64,000 nucleotides of DNA from a virus (IMGVR_UViG_3300037424_001682:1-64000), one strand, 5' to 3'. Counted from the first letter of the stretch, positions 1-10,127 are shown. Translations and numbers: made by a program. The notes: generated by a model not told the origin, from the sequence alone.

Positions 1-110
1 ACATTATTACTTTCACTATCACCATTATTTTCTTTGCTTTTTTTAAATCGATCTATTGCAGTTTTCATTGCAATTGCATCTAATTCTTGATCTGTTTTTT
101 GTTTTGCCAT
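1..110 (-). CDS. hypothetical protein, 5' part only (runs off the window start)
   Basis: ATG at 110 (MAKQKTDQELDAIAMKTAIDRF...), open to position 1; GTATTTATT motif upstream at 146-154. Confidence 0.6.
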   Translation of the reverse strand, partial: MAKQKTDQELDAIAMKTAIDRFKKSKENNGDSESNN

Positions 111-258
111 AATTATAAAAAATTATAAATATCTTTTTATTTAAAAATAAATACTTAGAAAAAAAATAAAAAAATCAAGATTATTAATTAAGAATTCGTA
201 TAACAAATATGTTAACGATTTTTTTATAAAAGGAAGCAACAAAATAACAATAAATACA

Positions 259-567
259 ATGGAAACGGACAAACAAAGCAACTGTTGTAACGATAAACTA
301 ATTTTAGTTTATTATGTTGATGTTAGAAATGTAGATAAATTTGATATACCCACATTTATACATGGTGTAATGAATAACATTAAATTAAATTCACCAATAA
401 TTGGTGAAATAATCGCGCTTCCTATTTGGAACGATTCTAGAGTAGAATGTATCAATCCTAAATATATTACAGAACCCGAATTAATAAGAGAACATAGATT
501 AAAAATGGACGAATTAGAAGAATTAATAGAAAAATATATTAACGAGAATAAAGATCATGGAAAATGA
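259..567 (+). CDS. hypothetical protein
   Basis: 102-aa ORF, first of a tightly packed + strand operon. Confidence 0.7.
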   Translation: METDKQSNCCNDKLILVYYVDVRNVDKFDIPTFIHGVMNNIKLNSPIIGEIIALPIWNDSRVECINPKYITEPELIREHRLKMDELEELIEKYINENKDHGK

Positions 568-934
568 ACAAGAATGGAATGAAGCACAAAGAAAGGAACA
601 TCTTGATATGATTAAACATAAATTAAAAAATAGGGTAATCAAAGAGAAATTAGAAAAACATATGAATGAAGTTCAAAAAATATTTGAATGTCCTATTAGT
701 ATTTCTTTAGTTTTTGATGGTAATTTATATTCCGAACATATTGATGAAAGAGATGAATATTTAACACCAAAAAAAATGATGTTGAAAGATTTCATTGATT
801 TCATAACTGAAGAAGACCAATCATTATATCTTAACATTGATCCGATATATTTAAAAGATGGAATTAATGAAATATCTAATGTTTTAATTACCACATTAGG
901 TGATAAAGCAATAATTGTACCTCAAATTAATTAA
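557..934 (+). CDS. hypothetical protein
   Basis: 125-aa ORF overlapping the previous stop. Confidence 0.7.
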   Translation: MENEQEWNEAQRKEHLDMIKHKLKNRVIKEKLEKHMNEVQKIFECPISISLVFDGNLYSEHIDERDEYLTPKKMMLKDFIDFITEEDQSLYLNIDPIYLKDGINEISNVLITTLGDKAIIVPQIN

Positions 935-935
935 T

Positions 936-1739
936 ATGGACACAGAAAAGAAAATAATTATAGGAATTGAATTAGATGAAATTATTAGAGCAAAATTTCA
1001 AGAGTTCGATAAGTATTATGCTAACGAATTTGGAGATGAATTAGCTGATCAAGGTAAATTTACATTAGATTATTGGGAAGATTTTCATTGGGAAGATGTA
1101 AATGAAACTATAAATTATTTAAATGAAGATTTACCTGAAAACATATCTCCACTTGAATATCAAATTAATCCAGAAACAGGCGAAGCACCTGTTGATCATA
1201 TGGCATTTAGGAAAAGAAAAGAGTTTAAAAAAGCAATTGATGTTTATAAACAATTTTTATATCAAGATTATTTATTAGAAATTTTTGGTAATGCACAAAA
1301 AATATATAGAAATGTTGATGTTGATGTTGAAAGTTTTTATACAAAATATAGGGATTTTGCAGATATTAGAATCATATGTAAAGAGAATTGGTTTACAATT
1401 CCACCGACATTGTTTTTTTTATCAAAAGTAAGACCACGTTTTAAACATTATCATTTTATGGAGAACGAAATAGAAATGTGGAATATTGCTGATATTATGA
1501 TTACTACTGATCCTAAAGTGATTGCAGCAAAACCTAAAGATTCGACAAATAAAACAGCAATAATGGTAAAACGACCATATAATTTCAATGTTGAACTAGA
1601 TACTGTTTCTCTTGATAATGAATCAAAAGAAAATATTAGTTTTTCAATAATGAATGTTGTAGATTTAATTAATAATAAAGATTTTGAAAAATTAATTAAC
1701 TATATTGAACCTGAAACAGAGAATAATAAATTAAATTAA
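936..1739 (+). CDS. HAD-fold 5'(3')-deoxyribonucleotidase-like protein with variant motif I
   Basis: N-terminal IIIGIELDEIIR resembles HAD motif I (DxDxV) of NT5C-like phage proteins; C-terminal ADIMITTDP..MVKRPYN fits the family; ATG 936 just after the upstream stop preferred over 915. Confidence 0.55.
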   Translation: MDTEKKIIIGIELDEIIRAKFQEFDKYYANEFGDELADQGKFTLDYWEDFHWEDVNETINYLNEDLPENISPLEYQINPETGEAPVDHMAFRKRKEFKKAIDVYKQFLYQDYLLEIFGNAQKIYRNVDVDVESFYTKYRDFADIRIICKENWFTIPPTLFFLSKVRPRFKHYHFMENEIEMWNIADIMITTDPKVIAAKPKDSTNKTAIMVKRPYNFNVELDTVSLDNESKENISFSIMNVVDLINNKDFEKLINYIEPETENNKLN

Positions 1740-1757
1740 TAAAAGTATAATAATAAA

Positions 1758-2933
1758 ATGGTAGAAAACGAAATAAAAATTACAGATCAAGAATTATCTC
1801 AATTAGATAAACTTAAATTTGCTGTAAATAAAATAAATAAAAAAGAAATTAAATTTTTATTTGCAGTAGTTAATTCACCCCAACCATCTGCATCAGTATA
1901 TGAGGTTTATTTTCATGCAAATGTAGCTAAAAACATGGGATATGATGTAACAATGCTTACTGATTCACAAGATTTTAAAGTTCCAGAATTTGTAGATAAA
2001 AGTCTTACTCAGATTAAACATTTATCAATGGATAAAATTAAACTTACTGTTGGACCACAAGATGTTTTAGTTATTCCTGATGTATTTTCCAATGTCATGG
2101 AACAAACTAAAAATTTAGGGTGTATTCGAATTGGTTTATTACAATCAATAGACTATATGTTAAACAGTTTAGTTCTTAGTGTTGATTGGAGTCAATTTGG
2201 TATTGAAAACATTCTTACTACATCAAAAAGTATGAAAGATGCTCTTAATATATATTATGGTCCGAAAAAATTTAAGGTTGGTGTTTATGATGTTGGTATT
2301 CCTAATTATTTTAATAATGACACTGATATGCCTAAACGTCCAGTTATTTCTGTAATTGGTAGAAATCCTAATGATATTGCTAAAGTAATTAAATTATTTT
2401 ACTCTAAATTTCCTCAATATCAATGGATAACTTTTGACCCTATGATGACAGAATCTAAACCACCTTCTCCATTAAGAAGAATTGATTTTGCAGAAAGATT
2501 GAGAAAAAATTTCGCATCATTATGGATTGATAGAATATCTTCTTTTGGTACATTTCCATTAGAAGCAATGAAATCTGGTAGTATTCCCGTTGGCATTGTT
2601 CCTGATTTTGCACCAGAATATTTACTTAATAATGAAGGACAAATTGTTGATAACACAGGTATGTGGACCAATAATATTTATCAATTACCATTAATGTTAG
2701 GTGATATACTTACTAAATTTTTAGATGACACTATAGATGAAAATATTTATGAGTCTATGCAAAATGTAGCAAGCAAATATACTCAAGAAAATTCAACTAA
2801 ACAGTTGACTGATTATTATTCAGCAATTATTCAAGAAAGAAAATCATTACTTGAAAAAGCAATCGCTGAATATGAAACTACACAAGCAAAAGAAAATAAT
2901 GTTAAAGAAGTAAAAGAAAAAAATAATGGATAA
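1758..2933 (+). CDS. glycosyltransferase, GT-B fold (GT4-like)
   Basis: FGTFPLEAMKSGSIPV matches the GT-B E-x7-E/EAMxxG donor-binding signature. Confidence 0.75.
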   Translation: MVENEIKITDQELSQLDKLKFAVNKINKKEIKFLFAVVNSPQPSASVYEVYFHANVAKNMGYDVTMLTDSQDFKVPEFVDKSLTQIKHLSMDKIKLTVGPQDVLVIPDVFSNVMEQTKNLGCIRIGLLQSIDYMLNSLVLSVDWSQFGIENILTTSKSMKDALNIYYGPKKFKVGVYDVGIPNYFNNDTDMPKRPVISVIGRNPNDIAKVIKLFYSKFPQYQWITFDPMMTESKPPSPLRRIDFAERLRKNFASLWIDRISSFGTFPLEAMKSGSIPVGIVPDFAPEYLLNNEGQIVDNTGMWTNNIYQLPLMLGDILTKFLDDTIDENIYESMQNVASKYTQENSTKQLTDYYSAIIQERKSLLEKAIAEYETTQAKENNVKEVKEKNNG

Positions 2934-3738
2934 TATTACAGTAATTATACCCGTACATGAGATAAACAATGAAGTAAAAAAATATCTTACTGATGCGCTT
3001 ATAAGTCTTGTTAAACAAGAAAAAATTGATTACTTACCAAAAGTATTGATTGTTTTACCTCCATCAATTAAAGATGGTATTCAAGAAATTGTTAATTCAA
3101 TCGATGGGAGTTTAAATTATGAATTTATAATTAATGAACAAAAAACCGATTTTCAATCACAAGTTAATATAGCCTCTGAATTAGTAAATACTGAGTATTT
3201 TACTATTTTAGAATTTGATGATCAAGTGAGTAATTCATATTTTAATGTAGGTGAAAAATATGTTAAAGCATATCCTGATGTTGATTTATTATTGCCGTTT
3301 ATGATCGAAACTACAATAGATAACAAACCAATTAAAATAACTAATGAACAGCCTTGGGCTAAAAATTATGTTGGTGAAAATGGAACGTTAGGGTTTATGA
3401 ATACAACGGTATTAAGTCATGTTACTGACTTTAAATTTACTGGTGCAATATTTAAAAAAGAAGAGTTTGTTTCATATGGAAAATTAAAAACAAATATCAA
3501 ATTAACCTTTACTTTAGAATATTTGTATCGAGTATTAAATAATGGTGGTAAAATATTTTCAATCCCTAAAATAATGTATAAACACATTAGTAATAGAGTA
3601 GGGTCATTGTTTGATGTATATGGTAAAACTATGCCTATGCCTGAAAGAAAATTTTGGTTTGATACTGCTAAAAAAGAAGCAAATTTCATTACTGACAGAG
3701 TTATTGATTTGTCGTTAATGGAAGTTGAACAAAAATAA
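2926..3738 (+). CDS. glycosyltransferase, GT-A fold (GT2-like)
   Basis: ITVIIPVH N-terminus and YFTILEFDD (DxD-like) motif typical of GT2. Confidence 0.75.
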   Translation: MDNITVIIPVHEINNEVKKYLTDALISLVKQEKIDYLPKVLIVLPPSIKDGIQEIVNSIDGSLNYEFIINEQKTDFQSQVNIASELVNTEYFTILEFDDQVSNSYFNVGEKYVKAYPDVDLLLPFMIETTIDNKPIKITNEQPWAKNYVGENGTLGFMNTTVLSHVTDFKFTGAIFKKEEFVSYGKLKTNIKLTFTLEYLYRVLNNGGKIFSIPKIMYKHISNRVGSLFDVYGKTMPMPERKFWFDTAKKEANFITDRVIDLSLMEVEQK

Positions 3739-4528
3739 TCCTTATAATATTTTAGAGTATGGAATGCAAAATAGAAGACGCAGAAATAGCAAAAAACCAT
3801 ATTTTGGTAAAAGGGAAGAAGAAGCATTTTTAAAATATATTTTTAATAGTAATGTTGAAGAAAGACATAAAATATATAATGAAATTTTAAAAAAACCATT
3901 TCAAAAAATGGTGGAGTCTATTTTAAGAAAATATCCCATTCACATAGGCAACTATGATATAAGAGAAGTTGAAGTGAATGGGTTATCCCATCTTATCGAA
4001 CATATGATTAAATTTAATCCTGACAAGATTATAAAAAATGGTCAAAAAGCAAAAGCCTTTAGCTATTGTCAAACAATTGTAAGGAATTATTTTAAAGATC
4101 ATAATAGAAAGAGTTATAATGAAAAACTAACCAATTTATCTTGGGAAGATTACTCTAACGAAATTATGAGTAAAAAAGAATATCTTTATGAATTACATGA
4201 TGATTCTAATGACCTTGAACAATTAATTAATACTGTCACGCAGAGAATGAGAGAAAGGATTGATAGTGACAAGTCATTAAAAAAGAATGAAATAATTGTT
4301 GGTGAAGCAATAATTAACATACTTAAATATTGGCATGTATTATTCTTGGAAGATACACCCGAAGGTAAATATGATAAAAAGATTACTAATAACTTTCAAA
4401 AAAATAAAATACTGTTGTTTTTAAAAGAACAAACTAATTTAAACACTAAAGAAATTAGAATGTCAATGAAACCATTTAAGGAAATGTATTTTTTAGAAAA
4501 GGAGAATTTTTTCAATGAGGACGAATAA
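3725..4528 (+). CDS. putative phage sigma factor (T4 gp55-like late sigma)
   Basis: IKFNPDK...KAFSYCQTIVRNYF resembles the sigma region 2 segment of gp55-like proteins (FxxxK..AFxYFTxIxxNxF); ATG 3764 is an alternative start. Confidence 0.55.
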   Translation: MNKNNPYNILEYGMQNRRRRNSKKPYFGKREEEAFLKYIFNSNVEERHKIYNEILKKPFQKMVESILRKYPIHIGNYDIREVEVNGLSHLIEHMIKFNPDKIIKNGQKAKAFSYCQTIVRNYFKDHNRKSYNEKLTNLSWEDYSNEIMSKKEYLYELHDDSNDLEQLINTVTQRMRERIDSDKSLKKNEIIVGEAIINILKYWHVLFLEDTPEGKYDKKITNNFQKNKILLFLKEQTNLNTKEIRMSMKPFKEMYFLEKENFFNEDE

Positions 4529-4539
4529 TTTAATTTTGA

Positions 4540-4548
4540 GTATTTATA
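4540..4548 (+). promoter_or_regulatory. putative late promoter GTATTTATA
   Basis: 33 nt upstream of 4582. Confidence 0.65.
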
Positions 4549-4581
4549 AAAAATAACACTTAATTAAAAAATTAAATAACT

Positions 4582-4965
4582 GTGGCACGTCCAAAACGTA
4601 AAAAATTACAATTTGGTGATGAAGAATCACTAAATAATCTCCTTCAAGAAGTATATAATGAATCACATAACATTAGAGCAAACGTAGTATCATTATTTAC
4701 TGTGTGGAATAAAAATGTTAAAGATAATGGTGAAATTGCTGCTGTTGGGGATAAACTTGCTAAATTACTTACTATTCTGAGCAAGAATCAAGACCAGAAA
4801 ATAATGATACTTAAACATCTAAAAGATAGTATCTACGTTGATAATAAAAATAAGGGAGATGCTTCTGAAATTAAAGCTGGTCAAATTTCTGCTAATGAAA
4901 AGGATGAACTTGATTCGTTTGTAGATAAAATTAGAAAGCAACAAAAAGAAGGTAGTAAATCATAA
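4582..4965 (+). CDS. hypothetical protein
   Basis: 127-aa ORF with GTG start, preceded by GTATTTATA. Confidence 0.7.
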   Translation: MARPKRKKLQFGDEESLNNLLQEVYNESHNIRANVVSLFTVWNKNVKDNGEIAAVGDKLAKLLTILSKNQDQKIMILKHLKDSIYVDNKNKGDASEIKAGQISANEKDELDSFVDKIRKQQKEGSKS

Positions 4966-6300
4966 ATGGGTTTAATTGATGAAAAAAGAAACATATTCAA
5001 CACCATTGCTGCATATAAATCTATGGAGAGTGGTGTTGAATTGCCTAACCCTACCGACAGTATTTCATCAATTAATAATCGATCTAAAGACCCAAGTAGA
5101 TTCCTTGTTGACCTTTTAGTTACTCTTGTAGGTAGTGCTGGATTAGTGCAAAGTTTAGGGGAATTAATGACTGTATTTATTCGCAACGTAAATAATGATC
5201 TTAAATCTGAATTAAAAAAACAAATAGTTATGTTTAATTCAGATCAAACATTATCGTCAACTAGTTTTTCTGGTGGATATGAATTACCTATATCTTCTAT
5301 TGATGTTTATGAAAAATTAAAAACAGACCCAAGTTCAGATGTTGGTAATTTAATATATTCAAATAATGTTAATAATTTAGATCAAAAATTATATAATTCT
5401 ATTGTTGCTGATGGGGGAACAGTAAATTATAATAGTCAATTAGATCTCGTTTATAACAATGGCTCTGATACAATTACTATAACACCATCAAATACAAGTT
5501 TAAGTATTGGTAATTTCTTAGAAAGCTATATTGATGATTTGACATTAATTAATGAAAATGAATTCACATCTGATATCATAAATTTACTTTATGGTACAAT
5601 TTCAGCTAATCAAGACAAAAATCTTCAAAATGCTGTTACAGAAGAAAAACTTAAAATTGTGATTGAAAAATTAATTAATGAAACAGAAGATTTATCATTT
5701 ACTCCCGATGAATTAAGATTAGTCGAACAAAAAGCAAGAGAAAAATCAGAAGGAGTTGATTTAGTCGATGTCGGATGTAGTAATAGAATATCCAATATAG
5801 ATATAAATCAATTACAAACATTAGTTAATTCAAATACTGGAAATACTAATCCATATGGTGTGGGATTGAATTATTTATCTTTATTAGACAAATCATTTAA
5901 TAGTAATGATGTTCCAGCACAAAAAAATATTACTACAATTACTGATAGTTTTTTGAAACAATTAATTAATGCAATATTACAAAATTTAATTAGAGTTTCA
6001 GCATTAACACCTGAAACCAGAATTTTATTCGCAATGGTTAATGGCTTGAAAAATAATGGCGCAACCAATATTGGTGATCCATTTAATGATATTGATTCGA
6101 ATAGAAATTTTTATGATTGTGTTGTTAAAAATTCTAAAAGCTTAATTAGTGAATATTTATTCAACTTAGTAAAAAAAGAATTAATGAAATTAGTAGTAAT
6201 TATAAGTAAAGTGGTGTTAAAAGAAAAATATGATGCATATATTCGTATAATAAGAAGTTTATTTAGAGTTTTTAACACCGTAAGTGGTTTAGTTTCATAA
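4966..6300 (+). CDS. hypothetical virion (baseplate-region) protein
   Basis: 444-aa ORF, N/S/T-rich, in the late operon upstream of the spike-like gene. Confidence 0.6.
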   Translation: MGLIDEKRNIFNTIAAYKSMESGVELPNPTDSISSINNRSKDPSRFLVDLLVTLVGSAGLVQSLGELMTVFIRNVNNDLKSELKKQIVMFNSDQTLSSTSFSGGYELPISSIDVYEKLKTDPSSDVGNLIYSNNVNNLDQKLYNSIVADGGTVNYNSQLDLVYNNGSDTITITPSNTSLSIGNFLESYIDDLTLINENEFTSDIINLLYGTISANQDKNLQNAVTEEKLKIVIEKLINETEDLSFTPDELRLVEQKAREKSEGVDLVDVGCSNRISNIDINQLQTLVNSNTGNTNPYGVGLNYLSLLDKSFNSNDVPAQKNITTITDSFLKQLINAILQNLIRVSALTPETRILFAMVNGLKNNGATNIGDPFNDIDSNRNFYDCVVKNSKSLISEYLFNLVKKELMKLVVIISKVVLKEKYDAYIRIIRSLFRVFNTVSGLVS

Positions 6301-6307
6301 AAAAAAT

Positions 6308-6715
6308 ATGGCTGTAGATTATTCAAATATTGAATCGGTTATTGAAGGATTCCAAAAGATTTTAAGTTTGCAAACAATTGGCACTCCAACACCAGTGCCT
6401 ACAATTGCAATACTTACTGGTGTACCTCAAAAATCGGGGTTATCACCATCTAAAATTGCAAGCCGAATAATTGCACGTAAAAGCGAAGCTGGAATACCAG
6501 TAGGTGCGTTACCTTCTGGTGGTGTTGCTCCTGATGAATTAATGGAACGTATTAGAATAGAAGAAATTATACGTGCTTTACAAGAAGACGCATTAATTTC
6601 TGTAGCTATCCCGCCAGGTATAACTCTTACAGCAGCAGGGGCTTCCCCTTCTGGACCTGTGACAGTTTTTGGTTCGACAATAACATTAACTAAAGGATTT
6701 GGACAAATACAATAA
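6308..6715 (+). CDS. hypothetical virion protein, G/P/A-rich
   Basis: 135-aa ORF beside the spike-like gene; beta-rich C-terminus ISVAIPPGITLTAAGASPSGPVTV. Confidence 0.6.
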   Translation: MAVDYSNIESVIEGFQKILSLQTIGTPTPVPTIAILTGVPQKSGLSPSKIASRIIARKSEAGIPVGALPSGGVAPDELMERIRIEEIIRALQEDALISVAIPPGITLTAAGASPSGPVTVFGSTITLTKGFGQIQ

Positions 6716-6915
6716 TGGCTACACCAACACAAGCATTACACGAATTAAATGTAATAAAGGAAAGATATGATTTTATTAAATCAGAAATTTTCAAATTACT
6801 TAATGATGATCAATTATTAAAAAATAAAATCAACGAATATTTAAAAGAAGTAGAATATTTAGAAATTAAATATGTTGATTTAATTGGTGATTTAACAAAT
6901 AATGACCTACAATAA
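6715..6915 (+). CDS. hypothetical coiled-coil protein
   Basis: 66-aa ORF coupled to both neighbours. Confidence 0.6.
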   Translation: MATPTQALHELNVIKERYDFIKSEIFKLLNDDQLLKNKINEYLKEVEYLEIKYVDLIGDLTNNDLQ

Positions 6916-7780
6916 GAAATATATACAACGAACTAAAACTCAGGACGATACTTTAAATAAGAATTCTCCTGTAAGAAATATGTATTACGGAAGAGTAGTT
7001 TCTATTGATGATCCTACAGATGGCGGTATTATTAAGGTAAAAATTGAAAAATTAGATGATTTTATTGCCGATGCTGATTTACCAGAAGCATATCCTATTC
7101 TCCCTAAATTTTTCTATGTATTACCAAAAATTGGTGAGGTGGTCCGTGTTTTTATTCCTGATTTACAAACACCACAAGCTGGAAGACAATATATTGGAAG
7201 CGTAATTTCTCAATTACATAAAATAGGTAACAATTCATTTTATACTGCATTAGCAACTACAAACGTATATAAATCAACACCAGATAAAGCACCATCCACA
7301 TTTCCAGATGCAAAGGGAGTTTTTCCCGAAAAAGAAGATATTGCAATTATCGGTAGAGACAATACTGATATGATTTTAAGAGAAAGAGAAGTTGAAATTC
7401 GTGCTGGTAAACATGATGTTGGTGATATATTACAATTAAACAAAACAAATCCATCATCAATAAAATTAACTATTGATGCAGATGGAACTGTTAGTAGTAA
7501 CGTTGTTATGGCTGATAAGATTGCACTAATTTCTCATGATGGTATCCCTAAATTTAAAGCAGCAGAAGTTGATGAAGAAGAACGTATTAGAATATTTGAA
7601 GAAGCACACCCAATGGTTAGGGGAGATGTTCTTTTAGCAATATTGGAAATAATACGAAAAGCAATTTTGCAACATGTGCATCCATATGATAAAATGGAAG
7701 CAGATTTATCTAAAATAATTGTTGATCTACAAAATTTAGATTTAGAAAATATATTACAAAAAAACATTGTGATTAATTAA
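6902..7780 (+). CDS. baseplate central spike protein (gp5/gpV-like OB-fold)
   Basis: YGRVVSIDDP..GIIKVKI...LPKIGEVVRV is the gp5/gpV N-terminal OB-fold pattern; C-terminal HVH motif as in metal-binding spike tips. Confidence 0.7.
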   Translation: MTYNKKYIQRTKTQDDTLNKNSPVRNMYYGRVVSIDDPTDGGIIKVKIEKLDDFIADADLPEAYPILPKFFYVLPKIGEVVRVFIPDLQTPQAGRQYIGSVISQLHKIGNNSFYTALATTNVYKSTPDKAPSTFPDAKGVFPEKEDIAIIGRDNTDMILREREVEIRAGKHDVGDILQLNKTNPSSIKLTIDADGTVSSNVVMADKIALISHDGIPKFKAAEVDEEERIRIFEEAHPMVRGDVLLAILEIIRKAILQHVHPYDKMEADLSKIIVDLQNLDLENILQKNIVIN

Positions 7781-7796
7781 TTTTTTTGCTATTTTT

Positions 7797-8594
7797 GTGG
7801 CTATGATTATAAACATGCCAAACATTCCTTCGGAATTATTCTATAAATTCAACGGAGTAAAATTTAACGACGATATTCACAAATATTATGTTAACGGAAG
7901 AGAATTGGTTTCTGTTACTACTGTTATTGAAAAGTTTGTAGTTGATTTTGATGAAGATTATTGGTCAGTATATAAATCAGAAGAATATTCAATATCACCA
8001 AAAAAAGTACTTTTTGGTTGGAATTTTATAAATAAAAAAGCCACTACAAAGGGGTCTATTGTTCATAACTACGCCGAAAACTTATTTAATAATAAATATT
8101 TTCCATATCCTAAAGATATGGTTATGAAATCTTTTGGGTTTGATCCAATATATAACGATTTTTTAAAAGAAAAAGCCTTAGTTGATAAATTTTATAACGA
8201 TTGCTTTAATAAACTAATACCAATAAAAACAGAATTAGTTATTTATGATGCTGAAGTTGGGATTGGTGGAATGATTGATTTGTTAGTGTACAATGTCACA
8301 ACGGGGGAATTTCAATTATGGGATTATAAAACAAATAAAGAATTGTCTATGTCAAAAGATAAGAAACTGTTAGGTTGTTTATCTGATTTAGATGATTGTC
8401 ATCACGAAAAATATTCTCTTCAATTATCATCATATAAATATATTCTTGAAAAGAATATTAAAATAAAATTAGGTAAGTCATATTTGGTTTGGATAAATGA
8501 AAAAAATGATAATTATAAAATTATTGAAGCAAAGGATAGAACACAACACGCATCAAAAATGATTAACATGCATAATTTGGGTCTTGTTGTGTAA
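7797..8594 (+). CDS. PD-(D/E)XK exonuclease (Cas4/RecB-like family)
   Basis: SVTTVI, GSIVH..AE, GMIDLL, LWDYKT, YSLQLSSY motifs; true start may be ATG 7803 or 7815. Confidence 0.8.
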   Translation: MAMIINMPNIPSELFYKFNGVKFNDDIHKYYVNGRELVSVTTVIEKFVVDFDEDYWSVYKSEEYSISPKKVLFGWNFINKKATTKGSIVHNYAENLFNNKYFPYPKDMVMKSFGFDPIYNDFLKEKALVDKFYNDCFNKLIPIKTELVIYDAEVGIGGMIDLLVYNVTTGEFQLWDYKTNKELSMSKDKKLLGCLSDLDDCHHEKYSLQLSSYKYILEKNIKIKLGKSYLVWINEKNDNYKIIEAKDRTQHASKMINMHNLGLVV

Positions 8595-8620
8595 CCCTAT
8601 TTAATCCATTTTCGTATATA
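8591..8620 (+). promoter_or_regulatory. bipartite GTAACC-N16-CGTATA promoter-like motif
   Basis: upstream of 8644; the same motif recurs at 31364 and 36034. Confidence 0.5.
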
Positions 8621-8643
8621 AATTCAAACAAAAATATAGAAAA

Positions 8644-9081
8644 ATGAAGATTAAAAAACACGAATATTTTACACATGAATATAATAATTGGTTTGGTAGC
8701 CCGTCCAAATGTTTAATTGATGTATTCCAGTTAAATTCACCAACTAAACCAGAAGGATATACACACATATTTGTATATCGTGAACTTCAAGATAATCAAG
8801 GTGCAAGCGTCACTAATATGAGTGAAAAAATCACCACAGACATGCTCGAAAAGTATAATCTTAATACTGTAACAAAATGTGCAGTTATTGAAGCATATCC
8901 TTATCATTTTGATTCTGATGGAGAATATTATGATTTTATCGTATATGAAGATGAAAAACACCCAACGATGGATTATAAAGTATGTTCACCTGATTGGTAT
9001 GATTTGAAAAGACATAATAAAAAAATATTTACTTTTATAAAAAAACATTTAAGTGAATATCCTTTGGATAGGGCAATGTAA
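8644..9081 (+). CDS. hypothetical protein
   Basis: 145-aa ORF with its own upstream promoter-like motif. Confidence 0.65.
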   Translation: MKIKKHEYFTHEYNNWFGSPSKCLIDVFQLNSPTKPEGYTHIFVYRELQDNQGASVTNMSEKITTDMLEKYNLNTVTKCAVIEAYPYHFDSDGEYYDFIVYEDEKHPTMDYKVCSPDWYDLKRHNKKIFTFIKKHLSEYPLDRAM

Positions 9082-9110
9082 AAAAAAGGTCGCTACAGTT
9101 ATTAGCGACC
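9080..9110 (-). terminator. intrinsic terminator of the tail tube operon
   Basis: stem GGTCGCTA/TAGCGACC (9088-9110) with an A-run at 9080-9087 (U-tract on the minus strand). Confidence 0.75.
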
Positions 9111-9142
9111 ATATACTTTGAAATGTGAACAATATAATATTC

Positions 9143-9631
9143 TTAATAATTCAAGATGCAGCGCCATGGCTGGACAGTGATCGTCAGCATTTGCAATTCG
9201 TCATTAGTTTGATCGTTATCACCAAAATCTATTGATGTAATCATACATTGTTCCAAGAACCATTTTTCAACTTCTACACCAGTAGGATCAAGAGATTTAA
9301 GTAGGATATTTTTCTTATATCCTGCTGCATAACCCATTCTACCAGTAAGAGATTCTGCATGTAATCGCACCCATTCCATTAATTGGTTTGATGTTGATGG
9401 ACCAATTGGGTCAATAAATGTTATATCCATTGCTTCCCAATTAAATATACCTGCAACATAATTTTTTTGGTTAATGTATGGTACTTCTACCACATTTATA
9501 TTCATTGCAGGTCTTTTGAAAGTCCTTACCTTCCAAACTTCCACACCAACATCATCTGGAAACTCTGCGAAAAATCTATTTTGTCGTTTTGGTTCATACT
9601 CAAAGGGTACTCCCATTAATACTTCTGCCAT
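9143..9631 (-). CDS. tail tube protein (T4 gp19-like)
   Basis: YEPKRQNRF, RPAMNIN.VEVPYIN, WEAMDITFIDPI, QLMEWV, ITSIDFG motifs; downstream of the sheath gene. Confidence 0.85.
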   Translation of the reverse strand: MAEVLMGVPFEYEPKRQNRFFAEFPDDVGVEVWKVRTFKRPAMNINVVEVPYINQKNYVAGIFNWEAMDITFIDPIGPSTSNQLMEWVRLHAESLTGRMGYAAGYKKNILLKSLDPTGVEVEKWFLEQCMITSIDFGDNDQTNDELQMLTITVQPWRCILNY

Positions 9632-9664
9632 TTTCTATCTGTTTTTATTTATAATAATTATTAA

Positions 9665-10081
9665 TTAAATTTTAGGTTTTTCATTATTAAACCTAGTATA
9701 TTTTATTGTTTTAGTTATTTTCTTTATTCCGGTTCGATAATATAATCTTTGATCATTTGGAGATAGTTTATTTAAATCCCATTCTTCTTCAACTTCTTCT
9801 ACAACATAACTATCTTCATCGCCATAATCTTCATTATTAAAAATTAAATCATCAATCATTTCTTTGGTTAGTTTAATTCCATGATTTGTTTTAATCGCCT
9901 CAAAATCATCGTCAGTTATATTAACTTTGATAATATCATTACTATCAACTTCATCATTATATATTTCCAATGCATCTACAATTTCTTGTAAATCATTTTT
10001 TTTTAATTTATCTAATTCCTCAAATGAAAAATCTTTCGAATTTTCAATTATAAAAGTTATGAGTTCTGTTTTTGTTGCCAT
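9665..10081 (-). CDS. hypothetical acidic protein
   Basis: 138-aa ORF between sheath and tube, with its own GTATTTATA motif. Confidence 0.65.
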   Translation of the reverse strand: MATKTELITFIIENSKDFSFEELDKLKKNDLQEIVDALEIYNDEVDSNDIIKVNITDDDFEAIKTNHGIKLTKEMIDDLIFNNEDYGDEDSYVVEEVEEEWDLNKLSPNDQRLYYRTGIKKITKTIKYTRFNNEKPKI

Positions 10082-10112
10082 AATAAAAATATTAAAACTA
10101 AAGTTTATTTTT

Positions 10113-10121
10113 TATAAATAC
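10113..10121 (-). promoter_or_regulatory. putative late promoter GTATTTATA
   Basis: upstream of 10081 (tail tube operon). Confidence 0.65.
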
Positions 10122-10127
10122 TTTAAA

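Noticed and set aside
7797-8594. Cas4-like nuclease as a sign of a CRISPR-Cas system
   Set aside because: No repeat-spacer array or other cas genes in the window; stand-alone PD-(D/E)XK exonucleases are common in phages
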